64,000 nt of DNA from Parcubacteria group bacterium 21-54-25 (GCA_002255585.1 NCBJ01000003.1:21571-85570), one strand, 5' to 3'; positions 22,208-31,997 are shown, counted from the stretch's first letter. The notes: generated by a model from the sequence alone, not told the origin. A program made the numbers and translations.

Positions 22208-23104
22208 TCACAACCAGTGCCGGAGTCCTAACAGCACCGCGCTAACCACTACCGTAACGAGAGCACCAATGACGGCGGCAAAAATCGCAATCTTAACAGT
22301 TCGGCGGTGATCTTTCTGTTGCTCCAACTGACCGAATCTGGATTCGATTTTGACGAAGTCTCGATGAAGGTCTTGGTCGCCGCTGACTCTAAGACTTTTT
22401 TCGTTCTCGAGACCGTCTGTTAGTTTCTTCACCTCTTCCTTCAGGGCCCGGATACCTTGCAACACATTTCCAAGGTCTTCCCTGAATTCCTTCTTCCAGT
22501 CGTCTTGCTCTCGGACCTCGTTCTTAAGAGAGGTAACTTCTTGTTGCGTAGCCCGGATGGCGTCTCGGAGCCCCTCTAGCCTGATCGGCTGATAGTTCTG
22601 CATGAGACGCACGACGTCGTCCGGGAAGTCCGAGATTGATTCCGGCTGAGGAAACGTATCGATCTCCCCCTCCTCAAGGACATAGAAGACGGCCGCGATG
22701 AGTTTTTTGCGCGGCCGTAATGGCCATCGTGTCGTTGAGAAGTTGTAAAGGCCGACGAGCAGATTCCCCCGGTAGAGCGGATCGATGAAAAATCCCCCGA
22801 GAACAAGGATCCCTTCGTGGCTGAGTTTCCGCTTGGGGCTCAGCATTGCAGCCATGGTGTTTGGCAGATTAAGGACTTCTTCCGTAAGGACAAACGCGAC
22901 TTCGCCTGGATCAATGAAGAGCGCGCTGCGCTGCGTCTCGGTTAGTTTCATCACATCAATCGGTCCACCTCCCGCTTTGAGGAGCCGATTGCCCATCCTA
23001 AGGTCGTACTTCGCTCCTTCTACGCACGTCTCCTCGCCGCCTCGAATGAAAGTTTGGTCCCGGACCGCCGCAAGAAGACGTTGTCCCGTGACTATTGTTG
23101 GCAT
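22208..23104 (-). CDS. dCTP deaminase/dUTPase-fold (Dcd-like) domain fused to a ~70-aa coiled-coil and a C-terminal transmembrane anchor
   Basis: GAKYDLRMGN...IDPGEVAFVLTEEVLNLP...SPKRKLSHEGILVLGGFFIDPLYRGNLLVGLYNFS is colinear with Dcd motifs. Then heptad-rich KNEVREQDDWKKEFREDLGNVLQGIRALKEEVKKL and a terminal hydrophobic helix. The start is moved to the ATG at 23104. Confidence 0.6.
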   Translation of the reverse strand: MPTIVTGQRLLAAVRDQTFIRGGEETCVEGAKYDLRMGNRLLKAGGGPIDVMKLTETQRSALFIDPGEVAFVLTEEVLNLPNTMAAMLSPKRKLSHEGILVLGGFFIDPLYRGNLLVGLYNFSTTRWPLRPRKKLIAAVFYVLEEGEIDTFPQPESISDFPDDVVRLMQNYQPIRLEGLRDAIRATQQEVTSLKNEVREQDDWKKEFREDLGNVLQGIRALKEEVKKLTDGLENEKSLRVSGDQDLHRDFVKIESRFGQLEQQKDHRRTVKIAIFAAVIGALVTVVVSAVLLGLRHWL

Positions 23105-23340
23105 TGTAATGGCGCCTCCCGTGTCTTGGACGTGCTGCGGAGTACCGTCGACCCGTCCATCGGTTTGTTTGCGTGGGGTCATGGCTTTTTCCTCCTTGTT
23201 GAACTGACCGGCAGAACACCACGAGAACCGTGCCGTGCTGCCGGCAGTTCGCAAGAAGAACCACCCCGCGATCTTTCCGCGTCAAAGAGCTACCCAAGAA
23301 CCAGTATATCAGGTAAAAAATTTCAGGAACGCAACCGGAC

Positions 23341-23883
23341 ATGAAGGATGCTGCGGCCAATTCAGTCCTCGTGCTTGCCGTGAGTCCCGTGGCCCGTGGG
23401 TTTGCGTATGCCGCTTTCGAGGGTCCGCAGACGCTTCTTGACTGGGGACGAAAGGAGGCGCGCGTCAACCGCTACGCGTACGCGCGCCGGGAGCTTGCGG
23501 TTCTAGTCGGCTGGTACCGGCCGGAGCTCGTGGTGCTTGAGGGGGCTCGGCGCCACGAGGTCGAAGCGTTCGTCGATCAGTTTGAGCGGCATGCGCGCGC
23601 GGGCTATTCGCACCGAGCGGTTTGGCCAGCAGCGGGTTGCGGAGGTGTTCTCGGAGTTTGGCGCCACCCGGAAGTTCCAGCGCGACCGACTGCTCGGGCA
23701 ATGGTTCCCGGAGCTTGCGGGCGTGGTCAGAATGCGCCCGCCAACCTCGACGACAGAGCGCTGCGCCGCGAATGCATTCGACACCATCGCTCTCGCGCTC
23801 GTCCACTTCTACCTCGCCGCCTGATCGGGCAGGCCCGCTCGGGGACCGAACGAAGTCCAGTTCGAAGGAACCGGGCTTCGTGA
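23341..23883 (+). CDS. RuvC/YqgF-like resolvase-like protein, paralog of 18985..19506. The first catalytic Asp is replaced (LVLAVSPVARG).
   Basis: AFEGPQTLLDWGRKEARVNRYAYARRELAVLVGWYRPELVVLE parallels VFEGPLRLVDWGVKETRENKNRAGIQKIGELLALYHPSVLVIE in copy A. Confidence 0.4.
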   Translation: MKDAAANSVLVLAVSPVARGFAYAAFEGPQTLLDWGRKEARVNRYAYARRELAVLVGWYRPELVVLEGARRHEVEAFVDQFERHARAGYSHRAVWPAAGCGGVLGVWRHPEVPARPTARAMVPGACGRGQNAPANLDDRALRRECIRHHRSRARPLLPRRLIGQARSGTERSPVRRNRAS

Positions 23884-23909
23884 CGGCAACGGAGCAGGAG
23901 ATAGGCACG

Positions 23910-24413
23910 ATGAGCGAGAAACGGGAAGTGTTCCGTCGTGTGGAGACCGATGGCCCCTGCACGGCCATACGCGAGCTCACGCCCGACGAGGTGATCGGGG
24001 AAGCGAAGCGGATCATCAAGGCGCGCTTCCGGCGCGGGCGCAGGATCGCCCAGCCCAGGGACGCCGAGGATTACCTCATCCTCACCCTTGGCGACCGCGA
24101 GCAGGAGGTCTTCTCCTGCCTCTATCTCGACCAGCGCCACCGGGTAATCAGCTGCGACCTCATGGCCTTCGGCACCCTGGCCGAGGCCCGAGTCTACCCG
24201 CGGGAGATCGTCAAACGAGCCATCCTTTACAACGCGAGTTCGATCATCTTCGCCCACAACCATCCCTCGGGCGTCGCCGAGCCCAGTAAGGACGACGAGG
24301 CGCTCACGCGCCGACTTTCCGACGCCCTTCGCCTCATCGACGTCCGCGTACTCGACCACTTCGTCGTAGGGGGAGGCGAGACGGTGACCTTCGCCGAGCG
24401 CGGGTTGCTGTGA
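23910..24413 (+). CDS. radC: RadC-like JAB/MPN domain protein (second copy, ~70% identical to 20950..21453)
   Basis: HNHPSGVAEPSKDDEALT motif and the same length (167 aa). Confidence 0.85.
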   Translation: MSEKREVFRRVETDGPCTAIRELTPDEVIGEAKRIIKARFRRGRRIAQPRDAEDYLILTLGDREQEVFSCLYLDQRHRVISCDLMAFGTLAEARVYPREIVKRAILYNASSIIFAHNHPSGVAEPSKDDEALTRRLSDALRLIDVRVLDHFVVGGGETVTFAERGLL

Positions 24414-24420
24414 GGCATTT

Positions 24421-24447
24421 GGTCGCCCTTTTAGGGCGGCCTTTTTT
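24421..24447 (+). terminator. Rho-independent terminator after radC copy B
   Basis: GGTCGCCC-ttttag-GGCGGCC followed by TTTTTTG. Confidence 0.6.
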
Positions 24448-24530
24448 GTCATTGGATGACCGATGGTCGGAGGATGCCGATTTGACAGATAAGCATAAAC
24501 TTAGTATATTACTTATACAGGAGCTTAGTT

Positions 24531-24800
24531 ATGACACCCAGCGAAATTGTAAATGTTCGGCGTGCCTTGGGGCTTTCCCAGGTTGAGTTTGCGCGCTTAT
24601 TGGACGTTCATTCTATGACCGTGAGTAAATGGGAGCGCGGCCTCGTTCCACCGACCCCATATCAGGTTGCACTTATGGACCAGTTTCGTCGCGCGACCCA
24701 AGCGCAACAGGCCAAGGTCGACGAGCAGCTAAAGCATCTGCTGGTCAGTGCCGGCGTCATAGCGGCCCTGTTTTTCCTCCTCAAATCCGCTAACGAGTGA
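24531..24800 (+). CDS. XRE-family HTH protein with a C-terminal transmembrane helix
   Basis: RRALGLSQVEFARLLDVHSMTVSKWERG HTH. C-terminal LLVSAGVIAALFFLL helix. Confidence 0.6.
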   Translation: MTPSEIVNVRRALGLSQVEFARLLDVHSMTVSKWERGLVPPTPYQVALMDQFRRATQAQQAKVDEQLKHLLVSAGVIAALFFLLKSANE

Positions 24801-24806
24801 GGCGGT

Positions 24807-25187
24807 ATGTCTCCATTTAACCCCTTCGCCATTCTTGTACTCTCCCGTCCAAAGCTCACCGGTCTCGGTGAACATTGGGGGGTCCGACTTCCCGATGGTC
24901 GCGTAGCGCATTGTATGCCTGTGATTGGGGTCTGCATTAGCTCATTTGAAGACTTTTCGGCAGGCAAGGACGTCGTGGTGCGACGTGAGGTGTCTCCGGC
25001 GCTACTTAGCGAAGTGTATCGTCGACTGAACGTGGCCCTTTTTTATCCGCGGCCATACGACTTGCTCTCGTGGAACTGCGAGAGCTTCGCGAACTGGCTA
25101 ACTTGTGGGGAGCCCGAAAGCGCGCAAGTCGCCGGCATCGGCATCCTTTTCTTCCTAACTTTAGTAGTGGCTGGGCTTTCCAGGTGA
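24807..25187 (+). CDS. LRAT/NlpC-P60-superfamily (H-box ... NCE-x-F catalytic Cys) domain protein with a C-terminal TM helix
   Basis: HWGV (His) and LSWNCESFANWL (catalytic Cys motif NCExF), as in LRAT/PPPDE-type domains. Confidence 0.45.
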   Translation: MSPFNPFAILVLSRPKLTGLGEHWGVRLPDGRVAHCMPVIGVCISSFEDFSAGKDVVVRREVSPALLSEVYRRLNVALFYPRPYDLLSWNCESFANWLTCGEPESAQVAGIGILFFLTLVVAGLSR

Positions 25188-25444
25188 AGCGCCCCAGTCT
25201 TTACGCACCCTTCGGCCTTACACAACGGCCCGGACCATTGGCCACACGTCATACCATTGTGGTCAACACGGGGATAACGAGACACGGGTGTTGTACCTTC
25301 TTGATACCTGAATAGGTGTGCGTACGGTGAGGAGGGGAGGAGCGAGGCGCAGCCTCGTGGGCAAGGACCTGTTAGGATCTAGCCACATCGAACAATGCAG
25401 TAGGACTGGAGGAACGGCGTGCTATCATTAGCGCATTCAGTAGG

Positions 25445-27220
25445 ATGCGCGCGCAGAATATGAGTATGAGCTTAACTCGCCAACACGTGCTCGATTTGGA
25501 AGACTACAAGGTGCGACCGGCGTTATCCCCGATCGTGCAAAATGCCGTTGATGTCTTGGCCAGCGCGCATGGGACAGAGCGTGGGGCTATCTACACCCGC
25601 CAGGAAGTCGTGGAGTTTATTCTCGATCTCGTTGGGTACACAACGGATCATCCACTTCATGAGGCGCGATTGCTGGAACCCTCGGTGGGCGAGGGCGACT
25701 TTCTCGTTCCAGCGGTTAAGCGTCTGCTGGCTTCCTACGCAACCAGCCGTCGTCCGCACTCGGCGCTTGTGGATGACCTCGCTCCCGCGCTCACGGCGGT
25801 CGAGCTGCATTCCGACAGTTTGACGCTAGTCAAGGAGAAGGTTCTTGGCGTGCTCGGCGAATTTGACGTTACGGGGCCTTCGGCGCGCCAGTTGCTCGAT
25901 GCTTGGCTGAGTAACGGCGACTTCCTCCTTACAAACCTTCCCCGTCCATTCACGCATGTTGTGGGTAATCCGCCGTATGTCCGGCAGGAGCTCGTCCCCG
26001 ACGCGCTCCTGCAAGAGTACCGGCGGCGATACGAAAGCATCTATGATCGGGCGGATCTGTATGTGCCATTCATCGAGCGCTCGCTAACGTCCCTTGAGCC
26101 GGGTGGCGTTGTGGGCTTTATATGTACAGATCGATGGATGAAGAATCGGTACGGAAAGCGGCTTCGGCAGATCATTTCTGAGGGCTACCACCTCCGCAGC
26201 TATGTCGACATGGTTGGGACGGACGCATTCCATTCCGATGTCACGACCTATCCGGCAATTACCGTGATCGCGCGCGAGAAGGCGGGCCCCACGCGGCTTG
26301 CAGGGCAGCCTAAGATCGATCGGGACTCGTTGCGTCAGCTCGCCGAGCTGATGAATGCAAGGCAAATCGCACCCGACGGCCCTGTCGCTGAACTAGCGGG
26401 GGTCGTCGACGGCGCAGATCCCTGGCTGCTGCAATCTGCCGATCAGCTCCAGGTGGTCCGGCGCCTAGAGCAGGAGTTTCCGATGCTCGAAGAAACGGGT
26501 TGCCAGGTAGGTATTGGCGTTGCAACTGGTGCCGATCGGGTGTTCGTAGCCCCGTTCGAGGAGCTGGACGTTGAGCCATCCCGCAAGCTGCCACTGGTGA
26601 TGACGAAGGACATTGCTTCGGGAGTGGTGAAGTGGCGGGGGTTCGGCGTCGTGAATCCCTTTGAGGCGGACGGCCAGCTGGTGGATCTTGCGGCTTACCC
26701 GCGGCTACGGCGGTATCTTGAGCACCACCGGGACACGGTCGCGCGTCGTAATTGCGCGACGAGACATCCGAATGGCTGGTACCGGACGATTGACCGGATT
26801 TACCCTGAGCTAGCCACGACGCCAAAACTCCTAATTCCAGATATCAAGGGTGAAGCGAACGTAGTATACGAGAGCGGGAAGCTCTATCCTCACCACAACC
26901 TGTATCACGTGACCTCGAAAGCGTGGGATCTTCGGGCGCTTCAGGCAGTCCTGCGCTCCTCGGTTGCGAAGCTCTTCGTGTCGACGTACTCAACCCGGAT
27001 GCGCGGAGGCTATTTGCGGTTTCAGGCGCAGTACCTTCGCCGTATTCGGATCCCTCAGTGGGATGAGGTACCAGACGACCTCCGGAGGAGTCTCACTGAG
27101 GCCGCAAAGTCGGGTGATACCGAAGCATGCAACCGCGCGGTATTTGTGCTCTATAGGCTGACACAAGAAGAACAAGCCGCAATTGGTGGCAGCGGAGCCC
27201 AAGATCGATATGACAATTGA
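25445..27220 (+). CDS. N6-adenine DNA methyltransferase (gamma class, Eco57I/TaqI-like family), the modification subunit of a Type II R-M system
   Basis: Motif [11 protein letters not shown]-terminal AdoMet-binding region. 591 aa with a C-terminal target-recognition region. Confidence 0.8.
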   Translation: MRAQNMSMSLTRQHVLDLEDYKVRPALSPIVQNAVDVLASAHGTERGAIYTRQEVVEFILDLVGYTTDHPLHEARLLEPSVGEGDFLVPAVKRLLASYATSRRPHSALVDDLAPALTAVELHSDSLTLVKEKVLGVLGEFDVTGPSARQLLDAWLSNGDFLLTNLPRPFTHVVGNPPYVRQELVPDALLQEYRRRYESIYDRADLYVPFIERSLTSLEPGGVVGFICTDRWMKNRYGKRLRQIISEGYHLRSYVDMVGTDAFHSDVTTYPAITVIAREKAGPTRLAGQPKIDRDSLRQLAELMNARQIAPDGPVAELAGVVDGADPWLLQSADQLQVVRRLEQEFPMLEETGCQVGIGVATGADRVFVAPFEELDVEPSRKLPLVMTKDIASGVVKWRGFGVVNPFEADGQLVDLAAYPRLRRYLEHHRDTVARRNCATRHPNGWYRTIDRIYPELATTPKLLIPDIKGEANVVYESGKLYPHHNLYHVTSKAWDLRALQAVLRSSVAKLFVSTYSTRMRGGYLRFQAQYLRRIRIPQWDEVPDDLRRSLTEAAKSGDTEACNRAVFVLYRLTQEEQAAIGGSGAQDRYDN

Positions 27221-27947
27221 CCTCGCGGATTTCGATACCAAGGCACGGGAGGCGATTAAGGCGTTCTGGGGAAACCGCGAGGCGGCGCGCCAGCGGCAGA
27301 TCGCACAAGGAAAAGCGGACCAAGGAGAGCGGGCGGGTGTCACGGCGGGCAAGAACATGGACGGTTTCGTGTTGCTCGCGCAGGACATCGTACGCCAAAA
27401 CGGCTTACCGCACGCCGACATTTTCCTTAAGCGACGTGTCCTCACCCTCCCAGGCTATTTTCGTCCGACTAAGCAATGGGACATGCTCGTGATGAACCAA
27501 GGCCGCCTTGTGGCTGCCATTGAATTCAAGAGCCAGGTGGGGCCCTCTTTCGGGAATAACTTTAACAATAGGACAGAGGAGGCGATTGGCACCGCTCTCG
27601 ACCTACGAACCGCGTTCCGAGAAGGTGCCTTTGGGGATAGCCAGGCTCCATTCGTCGGTTGGTTGATGTTGGTCGAAGACTGTGAAGGTTCTCGATCTCC
27701 GGTGCGGGATCGCTCCCCCCACTTCCCGGTATTCGCAGATTTCCAAGGCTCCTCGTACGCGGATCGCTATAACATCCTGTGCAGGAAGCTTGTCCAGGAA
27801 CAGCTGTATACGGCAGCGTCGGTGATTATCTCCAGCCGATCCGCGGTTGACACCGGAGCCTTCGCAGAGCTGCTACCGTTGACTGGCTTGCGGACGTTCG
27901 TAGCAAGCTTGGGAGGACACGTTGCGGCCGAGGCGGCTCGGGGCTGA
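27210..27947 (+). CDS. Type II restriction endonuclease (PD-(D/E)xK). Its start overlaps the MTase stop by 11 nt.
   Basis: [21 protein letters not shown] carries D...ExK. The M-then-R layout and sizes (~590/245 aa) resemble PaeR7I/XhoI-type systems. The family is not confirmed. Confidence 0.5.
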   Translation: MTIDLADFDTKAREAIKAFWGNREAARQRQIAQGKADQGERAGVTAGKNMDGFVLLAQDIVRQNGLPHADIFLKRRVLTLPGYFRPTKQWDMLVMNQGRLVAAIEFKSQVGPSFGNNFNNRTEEAIGTALDLRTAFREGAFGDSQAPFVGWLMLVEDCEGSRSPVRDRSPHFPVFADFQGSSYADRYNILCRKLVQEQLYTAASVIISSRSAVDTGAFAELLPLTGLRTFVASLGGHVAAEAARG

Positions 27948-28279
27948 GCCGAAATCAATCGTCCCGGGACCGTTTTTCCCGAGGCCATTTCACTCAAGAA
28001 TGCGAAAATGGTGGCGGCGTTGGGTCCGATGGCGGGCTACGGCGGCGGAGGATGCGGCCTGGGGGCGCGCGCGTCTACCAAAGATATACAAGCTTGCTCT
28101 GAGTGGCTGGGTACGGCATATGGTGGCGAGAAAGCGGAGCCAGGTCTGCGGAAACGTTACGAGACAGTATTGCAGTGGCCAGTTTAGGCCGAGCATAGAT
28201 TTGGGACATAGTCAGTCCCGGCGGACTCTTGCCCAAAGTGACGTGAGTGGGCGGCGCTCATGAGACATAGGTAAATTTT

Positions 28280-28570
28280 ATGGTCAAAGTTCTCAGTCCT
28301 CTACAAATCGTGGGCCTGGTTTGGTTCTGCGCATCCATTATATTGGCGCTTAGCACCACAGTTTATTTCAGATTCTGGTTGCGTAGGCGCGACGTAAAGG
28401 TAATGCTGGGTTTGGCGGCGGTTCCCGGCTATCTAGAGATGCTCTATATGAAATGGTGTCGAGAACACTCGCAGAGCGGGACGGTAGTTCTTTCGCTCCG
28501 TTTCGTGCTGCTTGTTAATGTATTGTTGTCAGCACTGATCGTGGTTCCGTTTGTAATCATGAAAAATTGA
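28280..28570 (+). CDS. Small membrane protein (3 predicted TM helices) upstream of the SIR2-like gene
   Basis: 96 aa, hydrophobic, low-GC segment. Confidence 0.35.
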   Translation: MVKVLSPLQIVGLVWFCASIILALSTTVYFRFWLRRRDVKVMLGLAAVPGYLEMLYMKWCREHSQSGTVVLSLRFVLLVNVLLSALIVVPFVIMKN

Positions 28571-28716
28571 TGACTCGTGAATTATTTTTCACGGCTACCC
28601 AAAGACCCCTACCCCGTCGGCGTGGTTTGCGGCATTCAGCGGGATCCCATAGAAAAGAACGAGGCAAGAATATCACAATGCTGCATTATTTATGGCGTCG
28701 TGTTTAGAAACGCACT

Positions 28717-30486
28717 ATGGAAGACCCGCTCATGCAAATGCCCGTTGCCTCTACTGTCGAGTCGCAGAAAAACCAAGTCGCTTTCCTATTTGGCGCGGGG
28801 GCGTCAATGGAAGCGGGCGTTCCTGATACCGTGTCGCTAATCAACGAATTCCGTGTGAAAGATGACGATGCTAATGTCAGCGAATTTCTGGAACTGCTTG
28901 GCAGATGGGCTAAGCAGCAGGATCGTCCTCTTGATATAGAACTCGTCCTCGAAACACTCCAGCGTCTGGCCGACTGGAAAGAAGACCCGTTGTCAGGGTT
29001 TGCGGACAAACCAATCAAGATCGACGGGCTGGATGCCCAAACGCTTCTCAACCGACTACGGGATTTCATAAAAAATAAGGTCTTGGTCGATGCCGAGCAT
29101 ATTACCTATCTGGAACCGCTCCGCGGCTTCATCGACGCATACCGACCCCTCCATCTCTACTCCGCGAACTACGATACCGCTATCGAGGTGCTCTGCGCCG
29201 AGCACAAACTGAAATACCGGGACGGATTTGATGAGGCATGGAATCCCGCTCTCTTAGATGAGCCGAACGTTGATCTCCGTCTATTCAAGCTTCATGGCTC
29301 GGTGACGTGGTATCGAAGCAACCGTGGGCGATTTTTGAAAATCCCGGTCCTGCTCCACGACAGCTCCGTCGAATTGGTGACTAAGGAACGCGCTGAAGCC
29401 CTAATGCTTTACCCCGCACAGAAATTCGAGTATGTGGAGCCACTGTTTGAACTGTTGCTGGCCGCCAAGCGGCGGTTAGCGGAGAGTCAGGTGTTAATCG
29501 TGGTCGGCTACTCATTTCGGGACGAGCATATTCGTCAGTTGCTATGGGATATAGCCCGCGAATCGCCCAGGTTCATCGTCATTCTGATCGGACCCAAGGC
29601 ACGAGATATTTATCAAGAGCGACTCAAATGGTACGAACGAGACAGGATCCCCTCGGCGCTCCAGGGGCGGGTGCTCTGCCTCCCTTTTTTGTTCGGGAGG
29701 GTCTTTCCCGCGCTGCAACCGGAATTGTTACCACGGGTGCTCCAGTTTCGCGAGGACTTGGAGCAACAGTTAGCACAGGAGCGACGAGGTCATCCTGGGA
29801 TTTGGGAGGGTGCTGTGCTGAATGCGGCTCGCGGCGGAGATTACGAAGTAGTCCGCAGAATCCTAGAAAAGCCGCAGGTGTTAGCGCAACAGCTCAACTA
29901 TGCGCAACAATTTGATTGCCTGGTTCTAAGCCTTTTCCATGCGGCTGCAAACAGCGATGTTGTCGCAGGAAGATATTTCTGGGACAAGCTGCATGATACG
30001 TTGCGAGAGATCATTGACCGTATCACTCTCAACGTACAATTCGGCGGATCTTCCAGCTGGCTCGTAGTGTCCGTTAATAAAAACAACCGAAGCGAGAATT
30101 TTCAGAATCTTATCCGCGGGCTTGCGGCTCCGCATCAGGAGATAGATCGGCGGCGTCGGTGGATGGGTGATGCCGAGTCCTCATCAGAATACCTGCGGGC
30201 GGTGAATCGGGTCTTAACGGATCTACAGAGTGCGATGCAGATCTGGTCCAACGTAGGGCAAGTCGCGCCGAGCGACTATGCGGCAGCACGCCAACAGGAA
30301 ATTCCAGGGGATCTAAAGGGGGAGATTCTGGATAAACTTGATCGGTTGCGGGAAAAAAATTCCGAGTCCTGGTCGGACGTCGACGAGCGGCAACTAGAGC
30401 AGGGGCTCAGGGGAACCGAACAAGCCGTCATTAACAAGGTGTTTCAGGAGTTAGACCAGTTGTGGGGCGAGAATAGGGAATTGTAA
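28717..30486 (+). CDS. SIR2_2-family (defence-type sirtuin-like NADase fold) protein with a ~300-aa helical C-terminal domain
   Basis: VAFLFGAGASMEAGVP (Rossmann Gly-rich), LYSANYDTAIE (catalytic Asn), FKLHGSVTW (catalytic His), VVGYSFRDEHI, as in ThsA/DSR SIR2 domains. Confidence 0.75.
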   Translation: MEDPLMQMPVASTVESQKNQVAFLFGAGASMEAGVPDTVSLINEFRVKDDDANVSEFLELLGRWAKQQDRPLDIELVLETLQRLADWKEDPLSGFADKPIKIDGLDAQTLLNRLRDFIKNKVLVDAEHITYLEPLRGFIDAYRPLHLYSANYDTAIEVLCAEHKLKYRDGFDEAWNPALLDEPNVDLRLFKLHGSVTWYRSNRGRFLKIPVLLHDSSVELVTKERAEALMLYPAQKFEYVEPLFELLLAAKRRLAESQVLIVVGYSFRDEHIRQLLWDIARESPRFIVILIGPKARDIYQERLKWYERDRIPSALQGRVLCLPFLFGRVFPALQPELLPRVLQFREDLEQQLAQERRGHPGIWEGAVLNAARGGDYEVVRRILEKPQVLAQQLNYAQQFDCLVLSLFHAAANSDVVAGRYFWDKLHDTLREIIDRITLNVQFGGSSSWLVVSVNKNNRSENFQNLIRGLAAPHQEIDRRRRWMGDAESSSEYLRAVNRVLTDLQSAMQIWSNVGQVAPSDYAAARQQEIPGDLKGEILDKLDRLREKNSESWSDVDERQLEQGLRGTEQAVINKVFQELDQLWGENREL

Positions 30487-30859
30487 CGCTTCCGTCACCT
30501 GTAGGAACGCGGAGCTCGAAGCGATGCCGAGGAAGGCCAGTTTGGGCTGGAAGGCATCGTTCAGGTACGGCGAACCATGGTCATGAGGTAAGGACGGACC
30601 GTCGGTTCTTTCCTCGGCAAAGTCGTCAACGCACAAGTTCCTGCCCGGGGAGGACCGATCACAGGATCTCGATTGGGCAGTCGCCGTGTCAGTGTTGATG
30701 CGAGTGGGGATGTTGCCGGGATCGGACGGGATTGCATCACAATCCCATCACAGTCACCGAGTGATGGATCCGGTAACATCCTGAAAAATAATGTGATGGA
30801 ATGTGATGAAAACCGCCCCAACCAGATCGACTAAAAACTACTTAACTGCTTGTTTAAAT

Positions 30860-30891
30860 TGGCGCCCCGGTCAGGATTCGAACCTGAGACC
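30860..30891 (-). other. Partial tRNA 3' end (T arm plus acceptor 3' strand plus CCA). It is a putative att site remnant next to the tyrosine integrase.
   Basis: The minus strand reads GGTCTCAGG-TTCGAAT-CCTGACC-GGGGCG-CCA. No matching 5' half is present upstream. Confidence 0.5.
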
Positions 30892-30986
30892 TTCCCCTTA
30901 GGAGTGGAAAGGTCGCTGTGCAACCTATTGAACTCGTGATGGATAAATGGCACCATCACAAAACCATCACACGAGAACCGGCACTC

Positions 30987-31997
30987 ATGGCCACCTTCCG
31001 GAAAATGGCATCCGGCCACTGGCAAGCGATCGTGCGGCGCAAGGGCTACCCGCACGCCGCGCGTACCTTCCGCACCAAGGCGCTCGCAGAGCGCTGGGCA
31101 CGCGGTATCGAGAACAGCATCGACGAGGGCGAGTATGCGGCCGCCTCCCGCATATCCGTTGGCGAACTTCTCGCTCGCTACGAGGAGCGCTTCACGCCAG
31201 CCAAGCGATCCCGCGTGAAGGAGAGGTCCCGAATCAAGACACTGACCCGGCACCTCGGCGAACTGCCGCTCTCCGTCCTCACGCCAGAGGCCATCGTCTC
31301 CTACATTGAGGACCGGTTGGAAGAGGTGGCTTCCGATACAGCGCGCAAGGAGCTGCACACGCTCTCCGTCATCGTGGACACCGGCATGGCGCTTTGGGAG
31401 ATCGGCCTGCGCGTGAATCCGGTGGTGGTCGCCAAGGCCATCCTGCACGCCACGAAACTCCTCAAGCCCGGGGTGAAGCGCGAGCGCCGGCCGACCCCCA
31501 AGGAGCTTGCGGCACTGGCGAAATCGAGCCACTGGCCGCTGTGGGAGTATGCCATCGAGACGGCCATGCGCCGCGGCGAGATCGCAGTGCAGCGGCGCGA
31601 ACACCGATCCGGAAACGTGCTGCATATTCCGCAGACGAAGACCGACCAGCCCCGTACCATTCCTCTGTCGCGGCGGGCCATGGAGATCCTCGACGGCCTG
31701 CTGGAGCGCGGCGACGGCGCGGTTTGGGGCATTACGGCCGACGCCATGACCCGCGCGTTCGCGCGCGAGTGCCGGGCGGCCAACATCGCCGACCTGCGCC
31801 TGCACGACCTGCGGCACGAAGGAACGTCACGGCTGTTCGAGAAGGGATGGACCATCCCGCAGGTGGCGGCGGTCACCGGCCATTCGGACTGGTCCTCCCT
31901 GAAGCGCTACACCAAGCTGAACCCGTCGCGGCTGGCGGCGAAGCTGGGTCGACGTGGCAAACGCCGCCAGGCCCGGGCCGACCTCTCGGATGGTTAA
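30987..31997 (+). CDS. int: Tyrosine recombinase/phage-type integrase
   Basis: C-terminal LHDLRHEGTSRLFEKGWTIPQVAAVTGHSDWSSLKRYTKL (R...HxxR...Y catalytic box). N-terminal SAM-like arm. Adjacent to the tRNA fragment. Confidence 0.85.
   Translation: MATFRKMASGHWQAIVRRKGYPHAARTFRTKALAERWARGIENSIDEGEYAAASRISVGELLARYEERFTPAKRSRVKERSRIKTLTRHLGELPLSVLTPEAIVSYIEDRLEEVASDTARKELHTLSVIVDTGMALWEIGLRVNPVVVAKAILHATKLLKPGVKRERRPTPKELAALAKSSHWPLWEYAIETAMRRGEIAVQRREHRSGNVLHIPQTKTDQPRTIPLSRRAMEILDGLLERGDGAVWGITADAMTRAFARECRAANIADLRLHDLRHEGTSRLFEKGWTIPQVAAVTGHSDWSSLKRYTKLNPSRLAAKLGRRGKRRQARADLSDG

Noticed and set aside
28577-28840. 87-aa ORF overlapping the start of the SIR2-like gene
   Set aside because: It is out of frame with the SIR2 gene and is best explained as a spurious ORF.
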